55,722 nt of DNA from Albugo candida. Taxonomy: Eukaryota. Shown piece by piece: positions 37,314-50,725 of this stretch (its first letter is position 1; the number at the start of each line of letters is the position of its first letter). The translations under genes and the position numbers were made by a program. The notes under the pieces were generated by a model. It made no database searches and was not told the DNA's origin. It saw only the letters and a list, made by a program, of their open reading frames with translations. The stretch is from contig JBDOQK010000004.1 in the NCBI GenBank assembly GCA_040437565.1, positions 868,001 to 923,722 on the forward strand, written 5' to 3'.

Positions 37314-38740
37314 CTACACTCTTTCTAACTCTTCTTCCAATGCAGCACTTTGTGCGTCGGCCTCTTTTTCAGAAAGCGAGATGAGCTCAGGATCCATTGC
37401 CATGGTGACAGCTTGCGCCGACTCAATCTCTTGTTCTTGTTGGCGTAGATCTCGGAGAATACGACGCTTTTGTAGCATGAAATATTCACGCGCAACTTCG
37501 TTTAGGAATTCGACGTTCGTGCACATGATCTGGTTGTTCGCAGCCAGTCGCTGAGATTCAGCAAGCCTCTCGAGAGCGACAATCTTGTTTTCTGCTATCA
37601 CTGCTAATTTGGCGCTGCTCTTGGCGACACTCGAAAGAGTTTTGGCGATCGACGTGTCGATTTCACCTTGACGTGCCTTATATTTTGCTCCACGACGACC
37701 AATTGGGAGGCTGAAATTGTTCTCGCTGAGCTCTGCGTTGTTTGAAACGCTGGACTGGGTCGAGCTTGCTCCTTGCGACTAATTTTTCTTAGGTCGGCTA
37801 CGTTTGAGGTTCTCCTGCATTTATCAGCAAAAGTAGTGATAAAATACAGCGACGCGTGTTGCCAATATAGCAGAATTACTTTGCTAGGATCGATAAAATC
37901 TCTACAGTTCTGGCAATCCTTTAGCAGCTCCCAACAGGTCACGTGTTTGAATGGTCTACCACGATCTTGTAAATAGAGTGTGTGCGCGTTGGCAAGTGGC
38001 TTCTGTGTGGTCGTTGCGCCTCTCTCGTTACGCCTATGAATAGCTGAACAACAGCCTAAAAACTTGCTGACGGCTATTTGAAGAAGCTGCCAGCGATTCT
38101 TGCAGGCTTCGTTTTCTGAACGTCGTCAAACGACCTTGGCAGATGCGCCGAGAACTCTGCATGCACACGATCCGAAAAATTTTCGGCGCGCTGCTCGTTG
38201 CCGTGACGGGGTCCTGCGCGATTGCCAACCACCCTCGCACAAGCGTGTTNNNNNNNNNNNNNNNNNNNNNNNNNNNNNNNNNNNNNNNNNNNNNNNNNNN
38301 NNNNNNNNNNNNNNNNNNNNNNNNNNNNNNNNNNNNNNNNNNNNNNNNNTGCTAGGATCGATAAAATCTCTACAGTTCTGGCAATCCTTTAGCAGCTCCC
38401 AACAGGTCACGTGTTTGAATGGTCTACCACGATCTTGTAAATAGAGTGTGTGCGCGTTGGCAAGTGGCTTCTGTGTGGTCGTTGCGCCTCTCTCGTTACG
38501 CCTATGAATAGCTGAACAACAGCCTAAAAACTTGCTGACGGCTATTTGAAGAAGCTGCCAGCGATTCTTGCAGGCTTCGTTTTCTGAACGTCGTCAAACG
38601 ACCTTGGCAGATGCGCCGAGAACTCTGCATGCACACGATCCGAAAAATTTTCGGCGCGCTGCTCGTTGCCGTGACGGGGTCCTGCGCGATTGCCAACCAC
38701 CCTCGCACAAGCGTGTTTTCCTCAGCCTCCATTCAGTTCT
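37314..38740 (-). mobile_element. PIF/Harbinger second ORF (Myb/SANT-like, NAM-associated), degenerate and convergent with the transposase
   Basis: EENTLVRGWLAIAQDPVT, CWELLKDCQ and IMCTNVEFLNEVAREYFMLQKRRIL are typical of PIF ORF1. Confidence 0.75.
37882..38717. repeat. Direct duplication 37882-38249 = 38350-38717 around gap 38250-38349
   Basis: 368 bp at offset 468. Confidence 0.9.
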
Positions 38741-39179
38741 TCGCCTTGATTACCATTTTCACACTACGATGTTAGCAAGGAAACACAGATGGAGTACAGT
38801 AGTGGTACACGTTAGGGAAATTGGTGTGAATGCTTGGGTCTGATTAGCAAACTGTGTTTACCCTAACCATTATTTTAGCCTAAGTACCAAGTACGCCTGC
38901 AAACCTAAAATGTTAAGTTAAGTCCATTTAACAAATAGAAATGAAAAAACTCATTGGTTGGAGCTTTCGGCTTTTTGGCTAAAGTTAAACTTGATTTTGC
39001 TACTTCTCTGTACTTTTTATGGAAAAATTTAGCTGACACGTTCTGCCGGTTAATACACTCTTTTCGGTTATAGTACCCAAGCCATAGTATAAGGTGCACA
39101 GAACGGTATAATATCGTGCCCATTAGTATACCGTCCGTTCTGTAAAAAGAGCAATTCTCAGTCATTTCTTACCTCACTC

Positions 39180-40482
39180 AAATTGAACATCATGGCCCCC
39201 AGGCGCGTCTCCAAGACCAACCTCGAGAAGCGGGAAATCGTCGAGTGGATTGAAGGTCCCGGAGGTGGATTTCCAACCCGCGCTTTGAAGCACTTTCACG
39301 GATGGAAGGTGTCGGGTGCCCAGATTCGCTACTGGTGGAAGAATCGTGTTGCCATCACGAAGTCCCCGGCGCTGCAGCTGCGTTTGACAGATGGTGGCGG
39401 CCACCCACGACTCGGTGAGGTTGAAGACGTCTTGTTTGATCAGATCATGTTCATGAGAGCGAAGAAGGAAAAGGTGTCGCGTCAGTGGATTTAAGCATCC
39501 ACACGCGAGCTCGCTCAAGCAGAGCTCAACGACGATAAAGTCAGCGCATCTGACAGTGGCTCGCCCACTTCATGGCTCGCTATGGAGTCTCTCTCCGACG
39601 GACGACCAATTTCACTGTGTTGAGTGACGACGAGCTCACTGCGCGTGCTGTTCACTTCCTGGCGTACCTCTCATCAAAGAAAATCGTGCTCAACCCCAGC
39701 ACTACGCTCCTGATGGATGAGACGGTGGTCTTTTTCTAAGACCCGCGGCGCGACACTGGGACATCACCGGCACTCGTCATGTCGTGTTGCACCCGACGGG
39801 GTTTGCATCAATGCGGACCACTGTTGCACTCACCGTCACAGCCACAGAGAAAAAGCTGCCACTTCTTTTGATCTGGAAAGGCAAGAAACAATCGATCCAG
39901 AAACGTGGCGCAGTTTACGTCGCGCATCAAGAGCGAGCGTGGATCAGCAGCGAACTTCTCCTGAAGTGGATCGACCTGATGCTCCCAACAATTCTGGACT
40001 CTTGCGGTGCCCGAGGGCTCATGTGGGACTCCATGCGAGCGCACATAGCAAAGGACGTCAAGGCGAAGTGAATCAATAAGAAGATCGTGGTGATGGTGAT
40101 TCTTGGAGGGCTGACGCCGTACCTGCAGGCAGGGGACATCGGAATCTTCTAGTTGTTCAAAGATCGTCTCTCTACCGTGATTGACGAATGAAAGCGATCT
40201 GACCAGGTGCAGTACATCAAGGGTGGGAATCCGAGGCCACGAAACGTGGAGGAGGTGGTGGCTTGGGTCAGCAGTTCGTGGAAGTCTGTCTCCAACGACG
40301 TCGTACGGAGACCGATTGACGCAGCTGGGTTCGCAGTTGACTACCGCGACTGGCACATTGCCAAGCATGACGTGTACGGCGGACTCTTTCAGAGTAAGTG
40401 GTTGGGAGATGACAAAAATGTGTTCGATGATACAGAGAGTGCTGATAATGCCGACGAGTTTGACGAGCTAGTCGTTAAATAA
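39180..40482 (+). mobile_element. pogo-type DNA transposon (second family), degenerate
   Basis: HTH ...QIRYWWKNR, EVEDVLFDQIMFMRAKKEKVSR, LMDET, QERAWISSELLLKWID, LMWDSMRAH and GGLTPYLQAGDIGIF, with stops. Confidence 0.85.
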
Positions 40483-40789
40483 GGGCATTACTTGTGGTTG
40501 CAGCGCTTGATCTCATTTGGACTGTATTACATAGAAATCAAAAAGACTTACGTGGCGGTTCCAAATTCTTTGTGTAACTTTCAGCCTGCTCCACCGCTCC
40601 ACCAGTGCCATCGTTTATTATCCTAGAGAGTGTTATTAGCCAATAAGAAGGGTGAAACACGACCAGGGCATATTTTGGAAGAATTCAAGGACTCGGAAGC
40701 GCAATTAGCCCAATGCCCACAAGCTTCCGGATTGGGTGATATAGTTACTATATTCGCACTTTTTCCACCAATCTGTGCGCTGAAGATGG

Positions 40790-43070
40790 ATCTTCAAAAT
40801 TGAAGCGACACAATTGCACGTGAATTCTCAATCACTCGACTGCGCACCTTATTGAGCGACAATCGCAATCCTTGACCGCTCACCCATATGGAATCCCCGC
40901 ATGCAATGGGTCTCGCAACGGATAGTCGAGTCTTTCGAGACAATTGTGACTCCCAAAGATGCAAATGAGTTCCTCCTGAACGATGGGGTAAAGAGCACTT
41001 TCGACGACCGTCAAGGCGGTAAAGAACTCTGCAAAGTCTTTATACATCACGTAGCTGAACCTCCACCTCCCAGTGAGGCTGACAGCCAGCTACTTGATTC
41101 AAATGCCTTGGAGCCTCAGGTATTAGCTCGTGAGGCCAATCTTTGTCTTACGTTAGGCTCTTCCTCGCACTTGCGTTCCAAATCGTGCTACTTCTTACGT
41201 GTAACCTCAGACACCAAGCCAGTCGACGTTCAGAAAGCTTGTGACGCAACGCTATACTTTGGCGAATTAGCACCCAATGTATTTCGAGACGTGGGCAAGA
41301 CGCTCAGATTCCCTTCACGCCGCTTTTCAAGGCCAAAGATGATTGGGTACCAGCAGATATGGAGCTTCGAAATGAATTCATGAACGAGTGGGCAAAGTTC
41401 TCCAACGATCTGAAAAAAACCCCTCAATAGCATGTATAGCGCTTGGAGCTCCGACGGCCTAGTCCTGAGATCGTAATAGACGCAACCGCTTCGTCTCGTA
41501 CCTCTGGTGGAAGTAATGGGTCCCTACAAACACGTTCTGTACTTCAAGTGGTTGATCCCCCAAAAATCATCTCAATGAGGAGGTTTTAGGAAGCTGGTGT
41601 GACGTGATCTCCGCCGATGTGGAGACCACCAACGTAGGATCATCCGACGTCAACAACATCCTTCAAGACGAAGATGCCATCGAAGATGAGGGGCCGATGG
41701 GGAAGTTGGAGTACTGGCGGCGTCGTATGCAGAGGATCATGAGCATCACTGAGCAGATCAAACTGAGCGACATGAAAGACGTCTTTCTCGTACTGCATCG
41801 AGCTTCCAAAAGTGTGCACGAAGACCTCCGTCAACGTTTGCATAATTTGCTGCGACTCTGGAAACAGGTCGACATTCGCATCACCGAGGCTGTAAACGAA
41901 GCAAAGGATAACGCAAAGTCCCTTTCAACCTTGGAGAAATTTCTGATCTCTCTGTACAACCGGACGCCAAGCACGATCATCAACACGCTCCCAGCCCTGA
42001 TAAAGTCGATCAAAATGATCCATTCGATAGCTCGGTATTACAACACGAATGAGAGAATGACGGGGTTGTTGGGGGAAGACCACGAGTCAAATGATTTTCA
42101 ATTGTAAGAGCCATGTCACTGGTGGGGAATCCTACAAAGGCTTTTGGGAAAAAGACCCACAAGAGCTCGCGCCAGTTGAACGCCTTCCTGAAGCTCAATG
42201 AAGCATACCAAAAACAATATCGCGTCACGAAAGAAATGCTTTTCGACTCAACCAAAGGTGGAAAAGCAGTTTGAATTCAATGAGATGAGGATATTTGGAA
42301 AGTTTGATCTATTTTGCCGTCTAGGGTCAAATTGATTGACACGTTTACGACCATCCACCAATTCAGCGGCTTGGGATCCCACAAGCTGGAAGGTATGGAG
42401 AATTTGATCGCGAAATTCAGTGCCATTGTTCGTGAGTTTCGGTACCGGAATCACGACTTGATGGACTACAAGAAAAAAATCGATTCGATCGCGATTTTGT
42501 CGAGTTCAACGTGCGAATATCCGACCTGGAAAGCCATCTATAAAAGTTCATCCACAACTCCTTCGAGAACTTCACTTCCATCGAGCAATCTCTGCGCATT
42601 TTGCGCAAATTCCAGGCGAATTTGCAACGGGAAAACCTCAAAGCCGATTTGGATTCCAAACTTAACGTCATTTTCCAAAAGTACGGATTGGAAATGGAGC
42701 ACGTGCTTCACGAATACGAGCGAGAAAAGCATGAGCCTCCATACCCCCGAAATCTGCCCCCAGTAGCCGGAAATATCACGTGGGTTCGTCACCTGTTACA
42801 GGGAATCGAGGAGCCTATGAAGAAATTCGAGACAAAGAAGAACGTTCTCGCGAGTAACGACGACAAAAGGATCATTCGCATGTACAACAAAGTTTCGCGG
42901 ACACTTGTTGCGTTTGAGTACATTTGGTATCAGTCATGGACGCAATACATTGACACTGCCAAAGCCTGATTGCAAGCAACGCTCATAATACGCCATCCTG
43001 ATGATAACAAGCTGTACGTGGATTTTGACCCGGAAATACTCCAGATTTTACGATAAGCGAAATGTGCTGA
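40790..43070 (+). pseudogene. Axonemal outer-arm dynein heavy chain (DNAH5/DNAH8/gamma-type) 5' fragment, DHC_N1 region
   Basis: GPMGKLEYWRRRMQR, ITEAVNEAKDNAKSLSTLEKF, IKMIHSIARYYNTNERMTGL, IFGKFDLFC and PRNLPPVAGNITWVRHLLQGIEEPM. Many frameshifts. Ends abruptly at a Tc1 ORF. Confidence 0.9.
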
Positions 43071-43072
43071 AT

Positions 43073-44310
43073 ATGGCTGAAACTGCACAAAAACATACTT
43101 TGATAGCCGAGGAACGTTTGAGCATTGTTGGAATAAGGCAGGCTGGTACCAAAGTTGGAGAAATAGACTACAAGTCCAACACAGCTGAACGACAGGTGTG
43201 ACGCATCATGGAGAGTTGGAATAAAGAGCACATAGTTATGCCAAAAAGAAGCCCTGGAAGACCGAAAAAACACTCTTGGGAAGGGACGTCAGAGCTCTAT
43301 TCCGCAGCACCAAGGGTGCAAGACGTTCCACTCTGGCCAAAATTACCAACAACATACCAACTAAAGCTGATCAGACTGCAATGAGAAAGACTTTACATGC
43401 CGCTGGTCTCTTTGCTCGTGTGGGGGTTAAAATGACCTTTTTGAACAGGCCACACACTGCTAAGAGGCTGGACTTTGCAAAAAGATATCAGAATTCCACC
43501 ATGAAGTTCTGGAAATCAATCTGCTGGACTGATGAGGCCAGGTTTAAGATTGGGAAGAATTTTCACCGACCTCTGTTCTGGAGATCTACCAATGAGAGGT
43601 ACCTACCAGACTGTCTGGTACCTTCTTACAAGTCAGGAAGTTCATCAGTGATGGTCTGGGGTGCCTTTTAGGATAGCAAGAAAATCCAACTTGTGCGTAT
43701 GGCACCAAATCGTCAAACAGCAGCTGACTTCGTCGCACAAGTGTACGATGTCGAGTTGGCTGACTTCTGGGAAGGCCTTGTCAAGGCTGAAAGTGCCATA
43801 CTCATGGAACATGGTGCGCCTTTCCATCGCGCAAAAGCGCCCGAAAAATGGCGTGTTGAGTGCAGCGTTGGCAAGCTTGAATGGACGGCAAACGCTCCTG
43901 TCAATCCCATTAAGAATGTATGGGCAAAAATGAAAGCAGCCATTGAAAAGCTCCCCAAAGCCAAAAACAGCGAAGAACTATGGCTCCAACTTAAACAGAC
44001 ATGGTCTGCTATTGATCCAGAGTGGCTACAGCATCTTGTTAAATCCATGCCAGAGAGGATCAAAGCAGTAATTGAAGCAAAAAGGAGTTCTACTCGCTGG
44101 TAGCATGTATTTTCTATATTGGTTATTTCCATCATCATTCAGAAAGAATGCTTTGTAGGATTGCAGCTTTGAATATTGTAGAAGTTTTGTACCAGATTTC
44201 ATGGGTAGATGACTCATCAGATGTGTGTACCATGATTCGTAAGTCAAAGTCTTTGTTGCATAAAGTGGTAAAAATTCGGGGCAAACAATCTTTTCCGGAG
44301 CGTAATGTAC
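43073..44310 (+). mobile_element. Tc1/mariner (DD34E-type) transposon, degenerate, left TIR not seen
   Basis: HTH MAETAQKHTL..., GRPKK, RLDFAK, WTDEARF, SVMVWGAF, MEHGAPFH, NPIKNVW and LVKSMPERIKAVIEAKRSSTRW. Coding ends at 44103. Confidence 0.9.
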
Positions 44311-44410
44311 TAGGAAAGGGACACTTTAAAAGAACAGAGAAACTACTGTTGGATCATTTACAGCGGGTATGAAGTGTTTATCACGTACAATCAAGTCAAC
44401 AGTCCACTGA

Positions 44411-44890
44411 ATGATGGATGATGCTGATCCTCAACCCCATCCGTATTTCCTGCTTGGCATGACCGACAACACCCAAACTTGGCTATTATCTGATATGAAT
44501 TTTAGTGCTGCCACGTGCACAATCTCGTCCGTGGAAAACGAGAATTGTTACGCTGGATACTATAAACACTTCAACTCGACACCGATTGGCGACCGAATCT
44601 CTACTTCCGTACCAACGTCAAGCAGAAAGAATAGCAAACCGGATTATTACAGTGAGTGTGTATTCGTGTATTCTCGATTTTACGAATCATGTCGTGATTG
44701 TATTAGTGATTATATCGATCGTACAACTAAGCTCTCGAAATTGAAGTTTCTGGTTGTGGTCAATGAAAAGAACGAAAATTTATATCGTCGCATCAGCACA
44801 GCTTCTTTGAATGACATCTGTACCGGCTTTCTGCTCCCCCCAGCGAAATCTATTTGCAGGATAGTATATATCCAAAAAGACAGAAGATGA
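44411..44890 (+). pseudogene. 5'-truncated CCG-like Cys-rich protein fragment
   Basis: 159-codon ORF with FYESCRDCISDY (cf. CRDCILK in the 12844 gene). No signal peptide. Flanked by Tc1 and Gypsy remnants. Confidence 0.45.
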
Positions 44891-45228
44891 GCTTCGTGCC
44901 ATCATCGGGTTCTGAAAGTGACGAAAGCTCTTCTTCTCAATCCAGTGCACAAATTGGGTTAAGCTTGAGAAGTCTAAGAAAGATGCCGACGGGAACGCCT
45001 TCATTATCAGCAACGGTTGGAAGTTGAATATACTCTACGAAAATGGTGTTTGATGAATTGGATCGAAATTTGGTAAATTTCATACGATCCATATACGAGC
45101 GTTCACCACAGATAGCAGAAGTAGGCTCCTCTCGCTCTACTTCGAGTGGTGGAAGCCCCACGCACAAGTCTGATCCGAAATGTAGTTTTGTGCTGGTGAA
45201 TATCGTACTACAGAGTGCTTGATGTGTC

Positions 45229-46900
45229 TTGCTCTTGTACTATAGTATAGACGTTGAGTATACTCGTCGTGTCGTCGTCGTTGCACGTAATGTAAACCTG
45301 AAGTATCACATCCTCTATGAGATACATGATACTGCTCTAAGTGGTCTTATGGGTCGTGAGACAATCTATACTTTAGTGAGATGCGGTTATTGGTTGCCCA
45401 AGCTCTATAGATGGGTGAGCACATATGTGTGGACTGCGAGGCGTGACAAAGAATTAGACCCTCATCACACGGTTACGCGATGATCGCTTGTCTTCTTGTA
45501 TGCAACGGTGTGTTCGGACTCAAGAAGTATGGAATTTGTATCTGGTCTCCCAAAAGATTCGACCGAACTATGGGTACTGTTAAGTTGTTTCTTGGCAGTG
45601 TGTTCTGTCATCACGGACTTCCTACGGCTAGTATCTCTGATCGAGATCCCCACTCTATTGGGAAGTTTCGGAAGTCCATCTTCCAGGTGCTAAGCACCAG
45701 ATTGTCTATTTCCATCTCGGATCATCAACAGACCGATAGATAAACTAAGAACGTCAATCGCGTCATCGCGGATCTTCGTAGCGTTTGTAAGCGTTGGACG
45801 TCAATGCTTGGTGTTGTTGAGTTTGCGTTGAATAACGCCGTTACACGATTCTACCGACCATACTCCGTTATATGTAAACATCATGTACAACCGCGTCTTC
45901 CTTCAATCTTCCATTACATGGTGCAGGGATTGGTGGGGGAATATTGCCTGTCGGCTTGTTGCTGTTACCCCTTCCATTTTTAGAAACAAGCTAGCAAGCT
46001 CCTAGCAACGCGCTACAATGTCTTCGTTTTCAGCCATTAATGTACAGCACGTACATTTCGTGAGAAATTTGAGCGCGTTGCTAGGAACCCGCTAAGGAAC
46101 AAGCAGACGCCTAACCCAGAGGCTATATCAAACGTTATGAGGTCGGAGAGCAAGTTCTGCCGAACACTGAGAGCCTACCTACAAATATGACGATCTCAGT
46201 CCTCGGGAATAAGTTGGCTTCGCGCTTTATCGGGTCGTTTACGATCGTGGCCACGAGGTGCCTGAAGTAGACGCTAAAATTTCCACGTGTGGCTGTGCAC
46301 ATATTCCATATTTTCCATTGGCTTGCACGAACCGTATTGGGATCATGCTCACATGAATGTAGGGGCACTTAGGCAGGAGAATGCCAAGTTCGCTGTGACG
46401 CGGATATCTACTTCTTCATCAGAATGGCCATTTGGCTCTTTAACGAGTTTGGCCTTGCTCCAACGTACGTACACTAGAATCCAACCGAATCGGAAGAAAC
46501 AAAGAGACTCACTTGGTCACGAAGACCTTGAACCTCACCATTGAGTCGTGAATCTATTGACGGAGTTTGGTACGAATAGAAGCAAATACAACAACCGCCG
46601 TTGGCTCTTTCATGAGAAAAGGAACCTTCACATTGATTCAAAGAAACTTTTGTAGCGGCATTGTCGTCAAGAAAAATACCAGTTCATGATGCATTGGCGT
46701 GGATACTCTATTTCCAAATTACATTGGAGTTCGAGGTTCTCCTCCGTCATGATTGACTTGCGCTGTCGATGTTTTCGAACGTCCTTATCGGGCCATCTCA
46801 CAACCCAAGATGCCTCTATCAATAAAGGTGGAAGGAAATGGTTCTTCGGACGTAGTATGACATGGAGCCGTGACTGCAAGGAAAGCAGTAGAAGAACTAC
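45229..46900 (+). mobile_element. Ty3/Gypsy chromovirus remnant (integrase + chromodomain)
   Basis: ILYEIHDTALSGLMGRE...YWLPKLY, SMEFVSGLP, HGLPTASISDRDP, DHQQTD, KLASRFIGSF and chromodomain-like KYQFMMHWRGY. Confidence 0.85.
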
Positions 46901-47223
46901 TTTGATGAGCCACGAGAGACAGATTGGTTTACCGGTTTCACTTCATGAATAATGAATGACGTTTGGCTGCAAACTTCGCATGCTCGTATTAAAGGTTCCA
47001 TTCAAGTCGAAGATGGGCCACGTCACTACTTACTCGACGAGCTTTAGCGCTTCTTGAGTAACAGGCTCGATGAAATCAACAAACCATCCATCTTGATATC
47101 ACGATCTCCTGCAAACAAAAGTATTGGAATCGTCCTTAATTGAGAGAAAAGAGGCATCGCATGCCTAAGTATTTTATGGATCAGGTACTCTAGCATGGTA
47201 GTGACCTATGGAGTCAGGTACCT

Positions 47224-48232
47224 CTAGCGGAGAGCATTACGCGTTTCAATATCGGCAGCAGCATAACCTCCTTTACAGTGATTCACTCGACTACGACTAA
47301 CCGGCGGTATGGCGTAATCAAGTCGTACCTGAGCTGTTGATATAGTCGTGTATCTAAGGCGCTTACTCTTCTCGTAGTTACCCTGTTGGTGCTGTTGCTC
47401 GTCGAGCGGATATGTAAAAATGCCAGCTAAATTCCTGCATCTGAGCGACAAGGAGAGCAAAATCGGGCTGTTACGTTTTCGAAACGGATTAGGTGGAGTA
47501 CGAGAGTCATCCCGATACACAGAGGTGTCATCAGTTGTGTTGGCAGGTGAGCGAAGACGGTTGCATTGGGAAGACATTGCCGAAACTGGCGTTTCATTTT
47601 TAGAAAATAAAACTCGTAATCAATGGTTTAGATCAAGTACAATGTGCGACTAGAAACTTGAAGCACATTTTTAAGTCTCTCCAACAAGTTGGTCCGTGCA
47701 CAACATCAAAAGCCACACGATTTCCCCCGTTCTGATCGTTGTTCGTATCATATTCATCCCTAATTCTTTATCCGATCCAAGTTAAAACGCCCAAGGCTAA
47801 TTCAGCTCTTCAGCTTGGATTATGAAACCCGCATATAAAGATTTCTTTTTTCCATCGGTGTTTTTTTAGACTGCGTGCTTTAAAGTAGGATCGATGACTA
47901 AGATCTTTGATGCTGTTAAATTGTGTTACTAACCGCAGTATTGTCAACCCTCAAAGGCTTGGAGTCTATCTTAGACGCGCCTTTATAAACCAGCACTGTA
48001 TTGGGACAATTAGAAAATCTTGGAGTATTACGTTGAAAATCTCGGCGTCACAATCGATCCATAATGTGTCATTGCCCGCCAAAAGCATGTCATTCTCGTG
48101 TAGGATTCCTTGTCCCGTTTCTTCCATTGAATTTCGCAAAGAAGTTTTGCAGAATCGAAAAGCCCGAACAGATTCATTATTGACCGTGAAGAAGACGAGT
48201 ATCAGTCTTAAGGACGGCAAAATGATCATCAT
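47224..48232 (-). pseudogene. Decayed secreted protein gene, CCG-like
   Basis: Signal peptide MMIILPSLRLILVFFTVNNESVRA, then FCKTSL. Stop after 88 aa. Downstream KMCFKFLVAH (~47640-47672) resembles AKCFKSLAKH of the 504-aa protein. INR-like GCTCACTT at ~48281-48288. Confidence 0.45.
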
Positions 48233-48999
48233 ATTGTTTATGTAAAATATCGAACGATTGCCTGGACGATGCTGGCGATTAAGTGAGCAGAGAGGCCATT
48301 GAAATTGCTACATTGTGACATAGCTCTATACATTCATTCCTCAGCAACGCAGAAAACATAGGAGCACTTGAACTTGATAAAACATCAAGTTCACTACTCT
48401 ATCAGTCTAATGGGAGTCTGACTGTCTAGATAAATACCGCATATCCGTATGTCATTAGGCGTATTCCATTCTGCAACTCCCAGGGAACGTGATATGCGAT
48501 TTCTCACACGTCATACGTGGAGGAAGAACCCGCTCTTTTGAGTTTTTTTCTTACAATAAGTACACTGAGGTTTATGTAAAGGCTTCAGGTGCTTCAAATC
48601 GCCTACAGTGGTTGATGCTTTCAACTTGGCCTTGGATCTGCGTTTCAAGCGCTAATTAAATGACACATATGTATCTATTAAAAAGGCAAAGACATCGGAA
48701 GTAAAACTCCACCCATTTTTTTCGATGCGTAAGATAACGTCTCAACAGTAGCTCAATCAGAATTGACAAACGCTTTCCATCAACAAAAACGGCATGTCCA
48801 CGCACTTGCGCTGTCAGTGAGAATAGAACTGACCTGGTAACAGAGTGAACAGACAGCGACAATTAATATGGCCCAACCGTTTGATGAGTCCTCGAAATAT
48901 GTAAGCAGATTAAAACGTTGCATTACATCTACGTTTCCTCTTAATTGTATACCGTGAAGGTCCGTGCAAGGAAGCCAATATTGAATGCCGTCATGAATT

Positions 49000-50331
49000 C
49001 TTTGTGTATTAACTGCCAGTAGCGTTAAGCAGATATTTCTATTTTTCTTGAATTAATTTCTTTGCGGCCATTGCTCCACTTCATCAAAGAGCAATATGAA
49101 TAAAGAGGTAGGATGAGAATGATGGACAGCGCGAGTTGTAAGCGGTAACATGGCCCGGCAGAGAAATGTGCAAGCTCTTTGTTGCATCTGTTTTCTTGGC
49201 TGAAATGTGATGTGCGATAGAAGTGTGGTGATAGATGTGGATGGTAGGTAAGAATATGAAGGAGATTTTGTTGCTCGCGTCGATGTTGTTGACTACATTA
49301 CTTGCGACATTAGCAATTATGATGGCGCCATTTCCGTATACCACTAAATGTTATACCATTCTACTCGTCAAGTTCGCACACAAACAAATATGGTTAGTAA
49401 GGCTATTTGAGATGGAGAATGATCAAGCCGATTGAGATGAAACCGCATGTTTTAATAGTAACGGTTGTCAGAAGTGCGCTCTATTTGAACTGATTACGCA
49501 TTCACCATTCGCGCTACATCAATATGGATACTTGCAGGCGACCGTATCATCAGACGAATCGTGATTGCCTCACATACTGAGAAATAGACCACCTCTTAGC
49601 CGATAAAAATGACTTTCGGGTCATTCCTTTAAGGTCACCAATACTACTCAAGATCACTTAAACGAAGAAATGATATGTACAATGAGATTGTGATACAAAG
49701 ATGATAAGTGATGGAGGATTATGCTTATTTATTTTTGACTGGAATTTGTTTTGGTAGGCTATTTCATTCAAACTTCAGCATGGTATACCTACCTTTTAGC
49801 GCACAAGAACGAAGAACACCCTTGCATGAGCGACTTTGAGGTAGACAAAGATGATCGCCACAAGATTAAGATGTTTTCCTGCACTTCTACTCTTAGACTA
49901 CGTAAAATGCTCGCTAAGCGCTAAAAGCCAATGAGGAATAGAAAAGTGATGAGAGTAGCATTCATCTTTCAACAATGTAACGGATGGTGTTTGGATGATA
50001 TGAAATAAGTCTTATCCGAATTTGCTTCGAGCGCGTCAAAGCAATGCACTTTCTTACATCCCTTGGCTTGCTTGAACGAGTTCTCGGGGCAAAGATTTGA
50101 GAAAATGATTGGACCATGTAAAGTTTTTACCTGATGTATGAAGTCCATCATGAGAGTTGCCAGGAACAATTCAGAAGACTTAGGTCCTCCAATCGTTTTA
50201 ATACTACAAAATACAAAGAAATAATGTTGTTTCAATAGATTCAAACCTACGATCTTTGTTGCTGGCCCTACTTGCGGTGAGGTGGAATTTGGCTGGACCA
50301 TGTGCAAAAATGAATCCGTTAGAGAATGCAT
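49000..50331 (-). pseudogene. Possible decayed Cys-containing gene cut by the adjacent Copia element
   Basis: Minus-strand ORF pieces 49969-50331 and 49084-49344 with protein-like composition. Not assignable. Confidence 0.25.
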
Positions 50332-50682
50332 GTTAAAAGATATTGGTAATCGTAAATTTCATATTTTTTGGATGCGAGGCATCAACTTAGACTGTACTAG
50401 ACGCTTAATACCTATACATGATTAATAGGATCTGTTCAATTCGAGAGTATTGAAATATGAGAAGGATGCGCGAAATATAGACCGCCATTTTGTAATTTGG
50501 ATGTCAGCTTACTTTTCTGATGCAGCAAGAGCTCGATCTTACCTTTACCAAAGAAGCTCTAAAACGGGAAGAAAAAGAACTATCAATGGAGGCATTGGGT
50601 GATGGTATAAGAGAGGACGAAAAGTTGGTAATATTGCTGGGAAGGCTATCGGATGAAATTGATCAGATAAGCAAGATCATTT

Positions 50683-50725
50683 AAAACATTCAACATTTGA
50701 AACATTCAACATTTAAAACATTCAA
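50683..50725. repeat. ~15-bp tandem triplication (aaacattcaacattt) inside Copia gag
   Basis: aaaacattcaacattt-gaaacattcaacattt-aaaacattcaa. Confidence 0.7.
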
